Source: a virus
DNA length: 64,000 nucleotides
IMG/VR virus record: IMGVR_UViG_3300010343_000004
Direction: 5' to 3' (one strand)
The notes under the pieces: generated by a model
Database searches by the model: none
The model's input: only the letters and a program-made list of their open reading frames with translations
What the model was told of the DNA's origin: nothing
Shown here: one piece after another, positions 10,201 through 18,918 of the stretch
Layout: every line of letters begins with the position of its first letter
Position numbering within the stretch: position 1 is the stretch's first letter
Program-made: the position numbers and the translations under genes

Positions 10201-10592
10201 TATCCGCCGACAGCCTCCGGGTCTGGCCTTTTATCGCGGAGCGCGCGAGCCTCCGTGCGCTTCTGACGGTAAATGATGTACGCCTTCGCAACGTCGTAAG
10301 CCTTTGCGCGCATGAGCGCGACCTCGACGATATCTTGCACCGTCTCGACGTCGACGATCCCGAACGGCAGCGAGCGCAGGACGTCACGCGCAACGAGGTC
10401 GATGCTCTGGTCGTCCTTTTTTTCGTGGCACTCGGTCCACGCGGCCGCGATGGCCGCACGGATCTTGGCAGCGTCGAATTCCTGGACGGTTTCACCGTCG
10501 CGCTTACGGATCTCCCTCTTGCGCTCATCTATCGGCGACGGGGGAATGGATGCGAGCGCGGCGCCCATCGCGTCTGCCAAGGCAGCGCTCAC
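7290..10592 (-). CDS. nrdJ: class II (B12-dependent) ribonucleotide reductase with ATP cone and intein
   Basis: ATP cone IRKRDG...FDAAKIRAAI; VLPSMRSMQF, YNC, GSGVGYS, GGVRRSA, NP|CCEI, TTCVKPSGTTS, C-terminal CVGGAC. Confidence 0.95.
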   Translation of the reverse strand: MSAALADAMGAALASIPPSPIDERKREIRKRDGETVQEFDAAKIRAAIAAAWTECHEKKDDQSIDLVARDVLRSLPFGIVDVETVQDIVEVALMRAKAYDVAKAYIIYRQKRTEARALRDKRPDPEAVGGYIHASKYARHRDELGRREVYEETVARVEAMHLGKFPGLEVEIRRAFDFVRDKRVLPSMRSMQFSGPAILTNHQRMYNCTFGLVDHLNVFGEAMFLLLSGSGVGYSVHLDHTEKMPPLGFIDARRIRHHVVGDSIEGWADTLKALVQSYTTGEYLEVSYHLVRPAGTPLKTSGGVAPGHVPLKTALERVRRVLDAAQGRRLRPIESHRIMCHAADAVLSGGVRRSAMIALFSLEDSEMMNCKTGNWFAEEPWLANANNSVALMRGEAKKKQFTRIFEMTKQWGEPGFFFSAGRDYGTNPCVPAGTRILTREGYVPIETRVGKPTVVWNGIGWKTVTPSVTGRDQPMVRVHLSDGTSLDCTERHEWCIAMGRWSRDHIEERVEASDLEEGDVILRYDMPVVEGGADMPHAYTHGFFCADGAEEDAGRRVAYLYGAKQTLIPHLETVRVGAPNEDLDRTRVVFPEIPEKFSVPLDASARSKIEWLAGLFDGDGSIVKNPKSINIQLPSVNLPFLREVRLMLTTLGVQAKIGKAKDEGANLLPDGKGGMAEYPTQELNRLLINATDAHKLVRLGLETHRLDLSGAKLAPQRDARRFVTVLRVEPLPMADTVYCFTEPSNHTGTFEGIVTGQCCEIGLYPRLTVDDSIRRRMAARSIHVSIGDVLTGWAFCNLCEINAAKFTSRKDFLEAAQAATLIGTLQAAYTDMPYLGWVSEEIAKRDALLGVGMTGMLDAPQVACNATIQREVAGKIKEWNAEYAARIGIRPAARTTCVKPSGTTSLELGCVASGHHPHHARRYIRRVIAVELEPVFQAFREKNPHMCVRKPDGKWVIEFPVQAPDGAIVKKDLSAIEFLEMVCSTQENWVAAGTASETHSPKLSHNVSNTATVRPHEWEAVAEYLWQNQEHFSGVSLIASSGDKDYAFAPNEEVLTEADEARWNHLVQHYVPLDYAELRETADGTNLTGEAACVGGACAV
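8322..9308 (-). mobile_element. intein with LAGLIDADG homing endonuclease (329 aa), inserted at the catalytic NPC of NrdJ
   Basis: Block A CVPAGTRILT; block B CTERHEW; HGFFCADG and LAGLFDGDG; block F/G TVYCFT...GIVTGQ; +1 Cys; removal restores TNPCCEIG. Confidence 0.92.
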
Positions 10593-11065
10593 GATGCGCT
10601 CCCGCGCGTCGTGCGCAGTCTTGCGCTACGCTGCGAAGCGCACTGCACGAGTGCGGCGGCGTTCACTTTGGCCCTCGCGGGGCGGCCGACGACGTGGACG
10701 ACCAGGGTGAAGAAGCAGCCGCCGGCCATGCCAACATTGGGGGCGCACAAGCCGGTCGAGCGGACACGCAGCTCGACGCGCGTGACGGGGGCTGAGTGTT
10801 TGGCCTTCGGTGCAGAGGCGCCGGTCCACGGGCGGTGCAGCCACAGGTCATCTTTGTGCGGGCCCATGAGCTCCTCGCCGTTCTCCTTGAACGACTCGAG
10901 GAGGAACATGCCGAGGCCGGGCGCGTTCACGATGAGCTGGTAGATCTCCATGGGGACGGGAAGGTCGCGCACCATGAGGAGTTCCTCGCCGCAGACCCCG
11001 ATGGTGACGTCGTGGCTGAGCGGGAAGCTCAGCGCTTGGGTGACCTCGTTCTTCGCCTTATCCAT
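10589..11065 (-). CDS. hypothetical protein
   Basis: Start MDKAKNE; stop overlaps the nrdJ start. Confidence 0.6.
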   Translation of the reverse strand: MDKAKNEVTQALSFPLSHDVTIGVCGEELLMVRDLPVPMEIYQLIVNAPGLGMFLLESFKENGEELMGPHKDDLWLHRPWTGASAPKAKHSAPVTRVELRVRSTGLCAPNVGMAGGCFFTLVVHVVGRPARAKVNAAALVQCASQRSARLRTTRGSAS

Positions 11066-11118
11066 TATCGCCAGTCCTTTCTTGCCACACTCATTCGTAC
11101 GCCCGGTGCCGCGGGCGC

Positions 11119-11655
11119 TTACTTCCGTTCCAAGATCGTGAGGCCGTGACTGTTCTTCAGGTGGTCCTTCACCTTCCATCCGCCGTCCCGGGCGACGAAG
11201 TCGGAAGCTGCGCGCAAGAGTCCCGCGGCGGGGACGTCCGTGTCGTGCATGAGGATGTACTTCGTCACGTTCTTCGCGTGGCGGTTGAGCTCCGCCGTCA
11301 GGTGCTCGTAGGTGTGGGTCGTGTCGATGAAGAGCAGATCGGTCGGGTCGATGAGGACTTCGAGCGTATCGCCGATGATGTAGTCCGTGTCGATGCCGAC
11401 CAGGCGTCCGAGCTCGACGAGCCTTCTCATGCCGACTTGCCGGAGGTCATCGCCGATGTCGTAGTAGCGGAGGCACTTCGGCAGCGCGCGGAGGAGCGCC
11501 CAGCTCGACCAGCCGACCCCGAACTCGGTCACGTGGTCCACGCGCTCCGCGTAGCAGCGCAAGATGGGCATGTGCTCGTTGAAGTCCGATGGCGTGTCTC
11601 GTCGCGCAACGTACCTCGTCTCGATCTCATCCAGGTGTTCTTGCCGAAGGTTCAT
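11119..11655 (-). CDS. class I SAM-dependent methyltransferase (Methyltransf_24-like)
   Basis: VTEFGVGWSS, YYDI, DLLFIDTTHTYEHL, ILMHDT, NSHGLTILER. Confidence 0.85.
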   Translation of the reverse strand: MNLRQEHLDEIETRYVARRDTPSDFNEHMPILRCYAERVDHVTEFGVGWSSWALLRALPKCLRYYDIGDDLRQVGMRRLVELGRLVGIDTDYIIGDTLEVLIDPTDLLFIDTTHTYEHLTAELNRHAKNVTKYILMHDTDVPAAGLLRAASDFVARDGGWKVKDHLKNSHGLTILERK

Positions 11656-12266
11656 CGGTTCTTCGCCCATCCTCTCCTCGATCCGCCCTTCTGCGCCGGC
11701 GGCAGCATGGCGCGCACGTGCCCCTGCGGCGGGGTCGGGAGCTCGGTCACGCGCGGCGGAGGCGGGAGCAGGATGGGCTCCTCGGGAGCCTCGAGCTCGT
11801 TCGGCAGCGTGATGTACTCTGTCTCGGTCACGAACCCGCGCGAGTCGAGGTGTTCGATGACGGCGGCGCCGTTCATGTGGTCCGGGTCGCCGCACGAGAG
11901 CCACCACATCGGCAGGACCCTTCCGCCGTGCATCAGCCTGCACCGATACTTGACGGGGTTCTTGCAAGGCGTACGGAGCATCCCTGGACGGTTGCCCACG
12001 CGGCCAAAGACACCGGAGACGGCGATGACGGCGCCTTTGCGCGGAAAGAAGTGCGTACCGACCCAGAGGCCTGCGATGCAGACGCCTCTCCAAGGCGGTC
12101 CGCCGTGCTGGAAGCCGTTCCAGTAGATCCCGTTCGCGAAGGGGTTGATATGGACGACCGGAGGCAGGCCATTCTCCCCTGGCCTGGTCGGCGACCCCGC
12201 CGGCACGCCGTGCATGGACGGCGGAGGCTGCACGTCCTTGAAGAGCGATCGACGTCGACGGATCAT
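11652..12266 (-). CDS. hypothetical protein, paralogue of 13194-13610
   Basis: Shared PCK.PV..RC.L...G..LP.WWL.C...H.N.A.VIEHLD..G. Confidence 0.7.
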   Translation of the reverse strand: MIRRRRSLFKDVQPPPSMHGVPAGSPTRPGENGLPPVVHINPFANGIYWNGFQHGGPPWRGVCIAGLWVGTHFFPRKGAVIAVSGVFGRVGNRPGMLRTPCKNPVKYRCRLMHGGRVLPMWWLSCGDPDHMNGAAVIEHLDSRGFVTETEYITLPNELEAPEEPILLPPPPRVTELPTPPQGHVRAMLPPAQKGGSRRGWAKNR

Positions 12267-12640
12267 GTGGCCATCGCCTTGACGAGCTCGGTGAGCCGCT
12301 CGGCGGTTTCCTTGCTGTCGTCGTCAAGTTTCTCCCAGAGGTCTTCGAGTTCTGCGGTCCTCCGACCTTCCTCTTCTGTCGTGAGGTCGCCTTCGGCTCG
12401 CGCGCTATGGAGCAAGCCCAGCGACGAAGCGTACGCAGCGAGCGGACTGTTCTTTTTCAGGTAGATGCCCATGACGCGCGAGCCGGGCTTGCACATCTTC
12501 GTGACGGGGTAGAGCTCGTGGCCGCACTCGCACCTGTCCGATTGCGCGTTGACCGTGAAGCACCCGCACCAGAGGCACTCCGTGAGCTCGAAGTCGGCCT
12601 CGCGGCAGATACGCACGTCGTCGTGGGATCTGCGGGTCAT
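12263..12640 (-). CDS. Cys4 zinc-finger hypothetical protein
   Basis: CLWCG...CECG; coupled ends. Confidence 0.6.
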   Translation of the reverse strand: MTRRSHDDVRICREADFELTECLWCGCFTVNAQSDRCECGHELYPVTKMCKPGSRVMGIYLKKNSPLAAYASSLGLLHSARAEGDLTTEEEGRRTAELEDLWEKLDDDSKETAERLTELVKAMAT

Positions 12641-13197
12641 GTTGGCCCGGTGGGTCCGAGGATCGCGCCTGCCGCGTGATGAACGACCATCGCCAGGCCC
12701 GTCGGCCCGGTTGAACCGGTCGGTCCCGTCGGCCCGGTGAGCAGCTGGATGGGGCCAAACTTCGCTGAGATGAGCGCTGCCATCCGGTTGATCGCATCGT
12801 TCGTGTTGGCGGGAGGGGCGGTGGCCCACTGCTGGGGGAAGGGGGAATTGAACGGACCACCGGCGTTCATGAATGACACACCAACGCCTACGGCCCCCGT
12901 GTCCCCGGCCATTGCGGCCGCCACGATGGCGGAGGCTGCACTCGCCCAGCTCGCTACCGTGGAGGACAGGATGACGTTCGGATCGGTGTCCCTCATGAGC
13001 AGGGTCACGGCGATGCTCACGGACACCGAGTCCATGGGCGTATTCGGAGCGTTCCCCCAGGCTGTGTCGACGGCCTGGGCGACAGCGAGCGCTGCCTGCG
13101 TCGCCTGGGGGATGCCGAGGCGATAGCCGGCACCGCCGACCGTCCCGGCGAAGGCTGCCATGTAGATCTGTTGGTTATTCGGCGTGTAATTGCTCAT
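12637..13197 (-). CDS. Ala-rich helical protein with short GPT collagen-like tail
   Basis: TGPTGPTGSTGPTG...GPTGPT. Confidence 0.65.
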   Translation of the reverse strand: MSNYTPNNQQIYMAAFAGTVGGAGYRLGIPQATQAALAVAQAVDTAWGNAPNTPMDSVSVSIAVTLLMRDTDPNVILSSTVASWASAASAIVAAAMAGDTGAVGVGVSFMNAGGPFNSPFPQQWATAPPANTNDAINRMAALISAKFGPIQLLTGPTGPTGSTGPTGLAMVVHHAAGAILGPTGPT

Positions 13198-13610
13198 GGC
13201 GCGTCGACCGTCTCTCTCTTCGCTCGCTTCTTTTTGCCCCTCTTGCGCTTCTTTGGCGCCGGCAGCACCTCGACGGCGTCCGCGGGGACTTCGACCCGTT
13301 CGGGCGCAAGCTCGGCCCTCGGCGGCAGGAGCATCCGTGTCGTCCGGACGACACACCCATCCGCGTCGAGGTGCTCAATGACGCCCGCGTTCTGGCGGTG
13401 CTCCTGGTTGTCGCAAGCGAGCCACCAGAATGGCAGGAGCTTGCCGGCTTCAGCGAGCTGGCAGCGCACCGTGACGGGCTCCTTGCACGGGTCCTCGCCG
13501 TTGACGCCCTCCATACCGAAGGCGCCACGCACCGTGCGTCCCGAGCGCAGGAACGTGCGCGCGCCGAGGTAGATCCCCCCGATGCATCTGCCCGTCCAGC
13601 GCCAGCTCAT
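13194..13610 (-). CDS. hypothetical protein, paralogue of 11652-12266
   Basis: See paralogue; basic C-terminal tail. Confidence 0.7.
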   Translation of the reverse strand: MSWRWTGRCIGGIYLGARTFLRSGRTVRGAFGMEGVNGEDPCKEPVTVRCQLAEAGKLLPFWWLACDNQEHRQNAGVIEHLDADGCVVRTTRMLLPPRAELAPERVEVPADAVEVLPAPKKRKRGKKKRAKRETVDAP

Positions 13611-14032
13611 CGCGCGCTCCTCTGCGGCCCGCGGTCGAGCGCGTGGTACTCGCACCGAACGCGCTGCGCGCCGCAGGCGCAGTCCTTCGGCCAGGTCGCC
13701 ATCCATTCTGCGTGCTTCTCGAAAGGCAGGGGTTCGCCCGGCAGACCCAGGAAGACCTCGAGACCGCGCGCGAGGTCTTCCTCGTTTCGGAGAAACCAGA
13801 GCCCCACCATCCGCCCGAAGAATTGAGAGCGGCACTCGGGGGTGAGTGGAGTCCACGCGGCTCGCCCCTCGCGCGCTGTAGGCGGCAGTCCCCCGTCGGT
13901 CGCGCGGGTCACGCCACAGAACGTGACGCACGGGTCCCTCCCGTGGTCGCACGTCTCGCGCGCCTCGAGGTTGTACCGCCGCGCATTCTCCGCGGCGGGT
14001 GGGTCCCAAACGAACTGTGTGACGAAACTCAC
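13607..14032 (-). CDS. Cys/His-rich hypothetical protein
   Basis: CDH..DPCVTFC, CACG...C.YH. Confidence 0.6.
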   Translation of the reverse strand: MSFVTQFVWDPPAAENARRYNLEARETCDHGRDPCVTFCGVTRATDGGLPPTAREGRAAWTPLTPECRSQFFGRMVGLWFLRNEEDLARGLEVFLGLPGEPLPFEKHAEWMATWPKDCACGAQRVRCEYHALDRGPQRSAR

Positions 14033-14126
14033 GGCACGCTCCGCGTGCTGTGGAGGCCAAGGTCGCGAAGCGCCTTCATGCCACGTCGCCTGCAGTATTG
14101 CCTGGTGCTCCTCATCGTCCGCGTCC

Positions 14127-14537
14127 TCAGAACGGGATCGGCGGCTCTGCCGCCAGCTCCGCTGCTTTTCGCGTGTCAGCCAGCTTGGCTTTCTGGGCGG
14201 GCGAGAGCCGCACAGCCCATTCCCACGCAGCTTCGCCGCTATCGGACTTGGTGGGTTTGATGGATGCGATGCCTACGTTGCCGAGGCCCACGTAGTCGAA
14301 GAGCGGCAAAAAGAGTTGTGACCTCATCTTGAAGCGCTCGCCGGCCACGACCTTGACTTCCTCCCCTGTCTCTCCTCCGTGTCGGCAGACGATGTCGTGC
14401 GCCGCGACGAAGATGAATTCCGTGCGGCACTCACCGTCCTCGACCGAGTCTGGACAAGACTGCCCCGTCTCGATCACGGAGGCGATGAAAGCCCTTCCCT
14501 GCTCCGGGAACCAGATCGGCAGGTCTGCGTCATTCAT
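14127..14537 (-). CDS. putative ssDNA-binding protein, paralogue of 23460-24053
   Basis: Beta-rich; ends EPPIPF; aligns with 23460-24053. Confidence 0.5.
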   Translation of the reverse strand: MNDADLPIWFPEQGRAFIASVIETGQSCPDSVEDGECRTEFIFVAAHDIVCRHGGETGEEVKVVAGERFKMRSQLFLPLFDYVGLGNVGIASIKPTKSDSGEAAWEWAVRLSPAQKAKLADTRKAAELAAEPPIPF

Positions 14538-14542
14538 GTGTT

Positions 14543-14701
14543 TCACCTTTTCTTTCCTCTTCCACTGGAGCTCGATGCTGACGGAGTGCTTGCCGGGGAG
14601 AGGTCCCACCACGAGACGCGGAGGGGCCCAGCCTGGAACTTGTTGCCGGAGATACGTCCCCACCCAAGGCGGTTCAGAGAGAACTCGAGGTCGACGGTCA
14701 C
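14543..14701 (-). CDS. small hypothetical protein
   Basis: GTG start coupled to upstream stop. Confidence 0.4.
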   Translation of the reverse strand: MTVDLEFSLNRLGWGRISGNKFQAGPLRVSWWDLSPASTPSASSSSGRGKKR

Positions 14702-15009
14702 GCGTCTCCTCCCCCCACGCTTCGCAGGGCTACCTCCCTGTTCTTCTTGCCGTCCTTCTTGCCAGCCTCTTGCCGTTCTCTCGGGATGAGGCGGTAGTGG
14801 ACACCGTTCGCGAGGAGCAAGCGCACCTCTCCCTCCGCAGGGAGCGGCATGCAGTGGCCGCTCATCGAGCCGTGCATGGGGCATGGATAAGGCGCGGCGG
14901 ACGCAAGGAAGGCGGGCAGATGCGCCTCCGCGATGCGCTCGTCCATGCCCCACTCGAGTACGCACCCACACGGGTGTTCCAGAGGGAGCCAGTAAAGGGT
15001 GGCGGTCAT
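14698..15009 (-). CDS. Cys/His-rich hypothetical protein
   Basis: HPCGC...CPMH; start coupled to the polymerase stop. Confidence 0.6.
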   Translation of the reverse strand: MTATLYWLPLEHPCGCVLEWGMDERIAEAHLPAFLASAAPYPCPMHGSMSGHCMPLPAEGEVRLLLANGVHYRLIPRERQEAGKKDGKKNREVALRSVGGGDA

Positions 15010-17570
15010 CCGACTTCTTCCATCGGCCTCGGGAAACCCTCGCCGATCCAGTGGATGAGGCCGTCTTCGCCGAGGTAGTTGTTCGGGTCGGTCGTCGCCG
15101 TCATCTTCATGAGGCGCGTCTCGAAGCGGCCCGGCGTGCGGCCGCTTTTGATGGCGGTCTTCAGGCGCAGCGGCGCGGGCTTCGTCCAGTATTCGAAGCT
15201 CTGCTTCTCGTAGATCTCCCGCATCGCGCGATGGAGCTCTGAAGCGCGGACGAACGACGCCTTCCTCAGGCGCTCCTCGCGCGGCAGCGACATGTCCTTG
15301 AGGGCGGCTTCCACGGCCGGCGTGTGAAACTTCGCGAGCCCATGCTGCGCCTGTTTGTAGAGGGGCTCGTAGAGGCCGGTGTCCTTGTTCTTCTTGTCCG
15401 GGAAGTGGTGCGAGTAGAGCTTCGGCCGGACGAGCAGGCTCTCGATCGACGGCTCGGGACATTCCTCCTCCCAGCTGCCGAGGTTTGGCGATGCGTCGAG
15501 GATGGCGTCCCGCCAACCTTCCGCGACTTTGCGTGGGGCCTTGTACCCAGCCTCCGCCATGATCTCGAAGTAGCGGTTCCAGCCAGGCATCTGCGTGCCG
15601 CTCCTCATCCCCTCGGGGAGTTGGAAGTGCACGCTGTCGGTATCGCCCTGCCAGGCATCGAGCATCTCGGCCATGAGGCCTACGAGCGCGCTCGTCAGGC
15701 CCGTGACCTGCGAGGCGTAGAGCGGCATGAAGTATTGCCCGCACTTGTACTTCTTGAATCCGCTGACGAAGCGAGCGACCGAGAGCGTCGTCCCCTTGTG
15801 CGGCTCGCCCGCCTGATGGAGAGCCTCGACGTAGCAGTAGATGGCGTTCGCGGCGGCGTCGTCGTCCCCAGGCTTGACAAGGCGCTCGGCGGTGCGCCGG
15901 AACTCGTTCTGCGCGCGCCGCATGATGGCTTCGTCCTTGCCCCAGTACATGCGGTCGAAGATCGCGACGCCCGAGCAAGCGAAGAGGAGTGTGATACTCG
16001 CCGCGACCTCGCCGCGAGCCTCGAAGAACGGCATGAGGATCTCGCCCGCGACCATGTAGTCGGTCCCGGTCACCTCGATGAGCTTTCCGTAAAAGGAGTT
16101 CGCGAGGAGCTTGGCCATATCCCGGAGGGCCTTCTCGTTGTCCGGGTTCTCCTTGATGGCGAAGAAGTCGGCGATGCCAGCGCGGATGAAGGACTCCTCG
16201 GAGTCTCCGACCATGACGACGCCGTCGTGCACGCGCTCGATCTTGAGCGAACCGCGCAGGACGCCGATCACGCACTCGGGGATCGTCACCCACACCTTCT
16301 TGAACCGACCCGAGACGTACCGCAGGCGTCCGCCCTGCAGATCGTCGTGCACGCGCAGCGACGGCATCGTGTCGTTCTCTTCGACACCCGAGATGCAGAG
16401 CACGCCGAACCGCCCGCGGTACCACTCGAGCCGGAACGGGCTGTCCCGGTTGATTCGGCTCATCCTCACGGTGACCGGGTCAGGCAGCTGCGCCATCGCC
16501 GAGGGGTAAGCAGACTTGAGGTCGAAGCTCGCCATCCGCTTGTGGATGCCGGGGCGCCTGCAGAAAGCGCGGCCTCCGTAGTACGAATCACAGCCCATCT
16601 GGTCGGCCCAGGCCGGGTAACGCTTCCACTCATCGATGTCTTCGTGGCAGTCGAACGCCTTCGCGAAGACCATGCGCGCCGAGGCGCCAGGGGCTGACGG
16701 TGGGATGACGCCGGTCTTTCGCACCACCCTTGCATCGATCTTGACGAGCAGCTCGCACGTGCGGTGGTAGAGGTCGAGGGTCGTCCTCACGTCGCCGAGC
16801 GCATACTGCTTGAAGAGCGCCCACTCCTCGTCGGTGAGCGACTCGCGCGAGCGCTCGTAGATATTCTCGATCATCGTCTCGATGTCGATCTTTTCTTCGA
16901 CGCCGAGGGCCTTGGCTGCCTTAGCCAGGCTGGTCTTCCAATATCCTGTCAGATCAAGCCCTAGCAACCTCATGACCGTCCTCGTCGTCGGGTGACGGAT
17001 GCGCCAGTCGAAGCTCGGGGCGGTGCCGAGGATCATCTTGCGGACCTCCAGGTCCCACTCGCCCGCTACTTCGATGTGGTAGCTGTCCGCGCCGGCCGCA
17101 ACGGTGCGTAGCGTGTCGAGCCTGTCGGCCAAGAGACGGCCAAAGTCGTAGGGAAAGTTGAAGAGGACAGCGAGCTTGGGCGACAGCTTCTGGCGTTCGC
17201 CGTCGCGGTGCTGGCCTCCTCTGCCGCGCTTGGGGCGCTGGGTCGTCCGGCTCGGGCGCTCTTCTTCTTCGGGCCAGCCTTGCTGCTCCCACATGGCGGC
17301 GAACACCTTGCCGAGCATGCCCTTGCCATCGGGGGTCTCGATGAGCGCAGCCCGATCGTGAAACTGCATCGGAACGAGCAGGCTCGTGAGGTCTCCATTG
17401 GCCTTCAGCGACTCCGTGTCGATCGCGCAGATGTTCTCGATGCGGAGGAGCTCCGTCCCGGTCGCCCTCCTCACGACCGACGGTCCGCGAAAGTGGGCTT
17501 GCACGATGCCTCCCGCCTTGTGGACGTTGTAGTCGCAGACCCTCATCGGTGTTCGCTCTTCCTTGCCCAT
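15006..17570 (-). CDS. family B DNA polymerase, protein-primed (phi29/PRD1-like)
   Basis: Exo IDTES / NFPYDF / YALGDV; YYGGRA; FDLKSAYP; KLLANSFYGK; QGDTDSV; LGSWEEE then RPKLY, with long inserts at the TPR1/TPR2 positions. Confidence 0.9.
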   Translation of the reverse strand: MGKEERTPMRVCDYNVHKAGGIVQAHFRGPSVVRRATGTELLRIENICAIDTESLKANGDLTSLLVPMQFHDRAALIETPDGKGMLGKVFAAMWEQQGWPEEEERPSRTTQRPKRGRGGQHRDGERQKLSPKLAVLFNFPYDFGRLLADRLDTLRTVAAGADSYHIEVAGEWDLEVRKMILGTAPSFDWRIRHPTTRTVMRLLGLDLTGYWKTSLAKAAKALGVEEKIDIETMIENIYERSRESLTDEEWALFKQYALGDVRTTLDLYHRTCELLVKIDARVVRKTGVIPPSAPGASARMVFAKAFDCHEDIDEWKRYPAWADQMGCDSYYGGRAFCRRPGIHKRMASFDLKSAYPSAMAQLPDPVTVRMSRINRDSPFRLEWYRGRFGVLCISGVEENDTMPSLRVHDDLQGGRLRYVSGRFKKVWVTIPECVIGVLRGSLKIERVHDGVVMVGDSEESFIRAGIADFFAIKENPDNEKALRDMAKLLANSFYGKLIEVTGTDYMVAGEILMPFFEARGEVAASITLLFACSGVAIFDRMYWGKDEAIMRRAQNEFRRTAERLVKPGDDDAAANAIYCYVEALHQAGEPHKGTTLSVARFVSGFKKYKCGQYFMPLYASQVTGLTSALVGLMAEMLDAWQGDTDSVHFQLPEGMRSGTQMPGWNRYFEIMAEAGYKAPRKVAEGWRDAILDASPNLGSWEEECPEPSIESLLVRPKLYSHHFPDKKNKDTGLYEPLYKQAQHGLAKFHTPAVEAALKDMSLPREERLRKASFVRASELHRAMREIYEKQSFEYWTKPAPLRLKTAIKSGRTPGRFETRLMKMTATTDPNNYLGEDGLIHWIGEGFPRPMEEVG

Positions 17571-17594
17571 GCGCGTGCCAGCCTCCTCTCGAAA

Positions 17595-18371
17595 CTAGAA
17601 AACCAAGCCACCCTTTGCTCGCTCCTCGTCAGTCATCAGATCGCCGAACCAGAGCTCGACCTCGTACTCGTTCGGATCGATGTCGTAGAACTCGATAAAC
17701 TCCTGCACCTCGTCGTACCCGGCGAGGTATTCCGCAGGGGTCCAGAACCACCGGCGTTCGCCCGTCGACACGCTCGTCACGGCGTAGAGCCGCATCAGCA
17801 CGCCGCCGGGTGCCCAACCGAGGACCATGCCCTCGACGTTGAGCCGCACGCCGACGATCTGCTTGGCCTCCGTGACGTCGGAGTCCCTCTGCGCCAAGAG
17901 CTCCTCGCGCCTCTGCTCCCATTCTTCGCTCTGCTTCTCCTTCTGAATCGTGACCCTGCGCTTGGCTGCCAGGCGTCTCTCGAGCGCTTGGACTACCCCC
18001 GCTGCGGACCTGCCCGGGACGCCGTGGCGACCCCATCCTTCGATCGTCCTCTCCGACTTCTTCAGCCGCTTGGCTGCGCCCTTGCTTCCCAGCTCTCGGA
18101 CGAGGTCCCGAAGGGCCTTGTCGGACTTCCTGCGGACAGCGCGCCTGCGGACAGCGCGCTTTGGCGCTGTTCGCTTCTTCGCTTGCTTCTTCGCTTGCTT
18201 CTTCGGCTGCTTCTTCGGCTGCTTCTTCGGCTGCTTCTTCGGGCGTCTCTCGCGTGTGCGCGCTTTCGGCGCTTTCTTCTTGCGCCTGAGCCGGTCGTCT
18301 ACGGCGCGGCTCTTCCTCGCTCCTTTCCTTTTTGCCCGAGACGTCGAGCCTGACTTTTTGGGTCGCGCCAT
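17595..18371 (-). CDS. very basic protein, candidate terminal protein or DNA-binding protein
   Basis: K/R-rich N-terminal half with KKQP repeats, HTH-like middle, acidic C-terminus; directly upstream of pPolB. Confidence 0.55.
   Translation of the reverse strand: MARPKKSGSTSRAKRKGARKSRAVDDRLRRKKKAPKARTRERRPKKQPKKQPKKQPKKQAKKQAKKRTAPKRAVRRRAVRRKSDKALRDLVRELGSKGAAKRLKKSERTIEGWGRHGVPGRSAAGVVQALERRLAAKRRVTIQKEKQSEEWEQRREELLAQRDSDVTEAKQIVGVRLNVEGMVLGWAPGGVLMRLYAVTSVSTGERRWFWTPAEYLAGYDEVQEFIEFYDIDPNEYEVELWFGDLMTDEERAKGGLVF
18174..18242. repeat. 12-bp coding tandem repeat (about 5.75 units; KKQP/KKQA)
   Basis: CTTCTTCGGCTG / CTTCTTCGCTTG units. Confidence 0.9.
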
Positions 18372-18418
18372 GAGGGATCAAGCCGGCCTCTCTCTGGCGT
18401 TCTTGCTCGCCTGCGCGG

Positions 18419-18637
18419 TCATCGCGTGTCCGCCTCTTTGTCGAAGAGGTGCCTCAGGTACTCGTCGAGGTGCAGCTCCAGCGACTGTACGAGTCCCTTG
18501 ACCTGCTCGCGCGTCAGTCGGTCGTCGCGCTTGGCCGCCAGGTCGAGGACGAAAAAGAGGCGCGTGATGAAGGCATCGCGCGCGATGTCGAGCGGGCTCG
18601 TGCTCGGGTTGGAAGCTCCCGTGGCGGGCGGGGTCAT
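18419..18637 (-). CDS. small hypothetical protein
   Basis: Coupled start MTPPAT. Confidence 0.55.
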   Translation of the reverse strand: MTPPATGASNPSTSPLDIARDAFITRLFFVLDLAAKRDDRLTREQVKGLVQSLELHLDEYLRHLFDKEADTR

Positions 18638-18918
18638 GGACCGAGCCTCCTCGAAGACGGGAGGGCACCGAAGATAGAAGCCGCATCGAGAACGGGGTCC
18701 GTCGCAGGCGCGGGCCGCTCCGCCGGCGCAAGAAGGCTGCCCACGATGGCTGCACCGACGCTCACGACGGTCGACGCCGTCCGGTAGGCACCGGCCTCCG
18801 CAGAGAGGCGGACCACCACCTCGTCCGTGGTCATCCCCCAGCGCGAAGCGAGACGGAGTAGCTCCGCCGCCGCCGGACCGCTCACCGTGACGCGCGGGTA
18901 GGGCTTCCTGCGGGTCAT
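18634..18918 (-). CDS. small RHH-like protein
   Basis: RVTVSGPAAAELLRLASRWGMTTDEVVVRL. Confidence 0.5.
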   Translation of the reverse strand: MTRRKPYPRVTVSGPAAAELLRLASRWGMTTDEVVVRLSAEAGAYRTASTVVSVGAAIVGSLLAPAERPAPATDPVLDAASIFGALPSSRRLGP

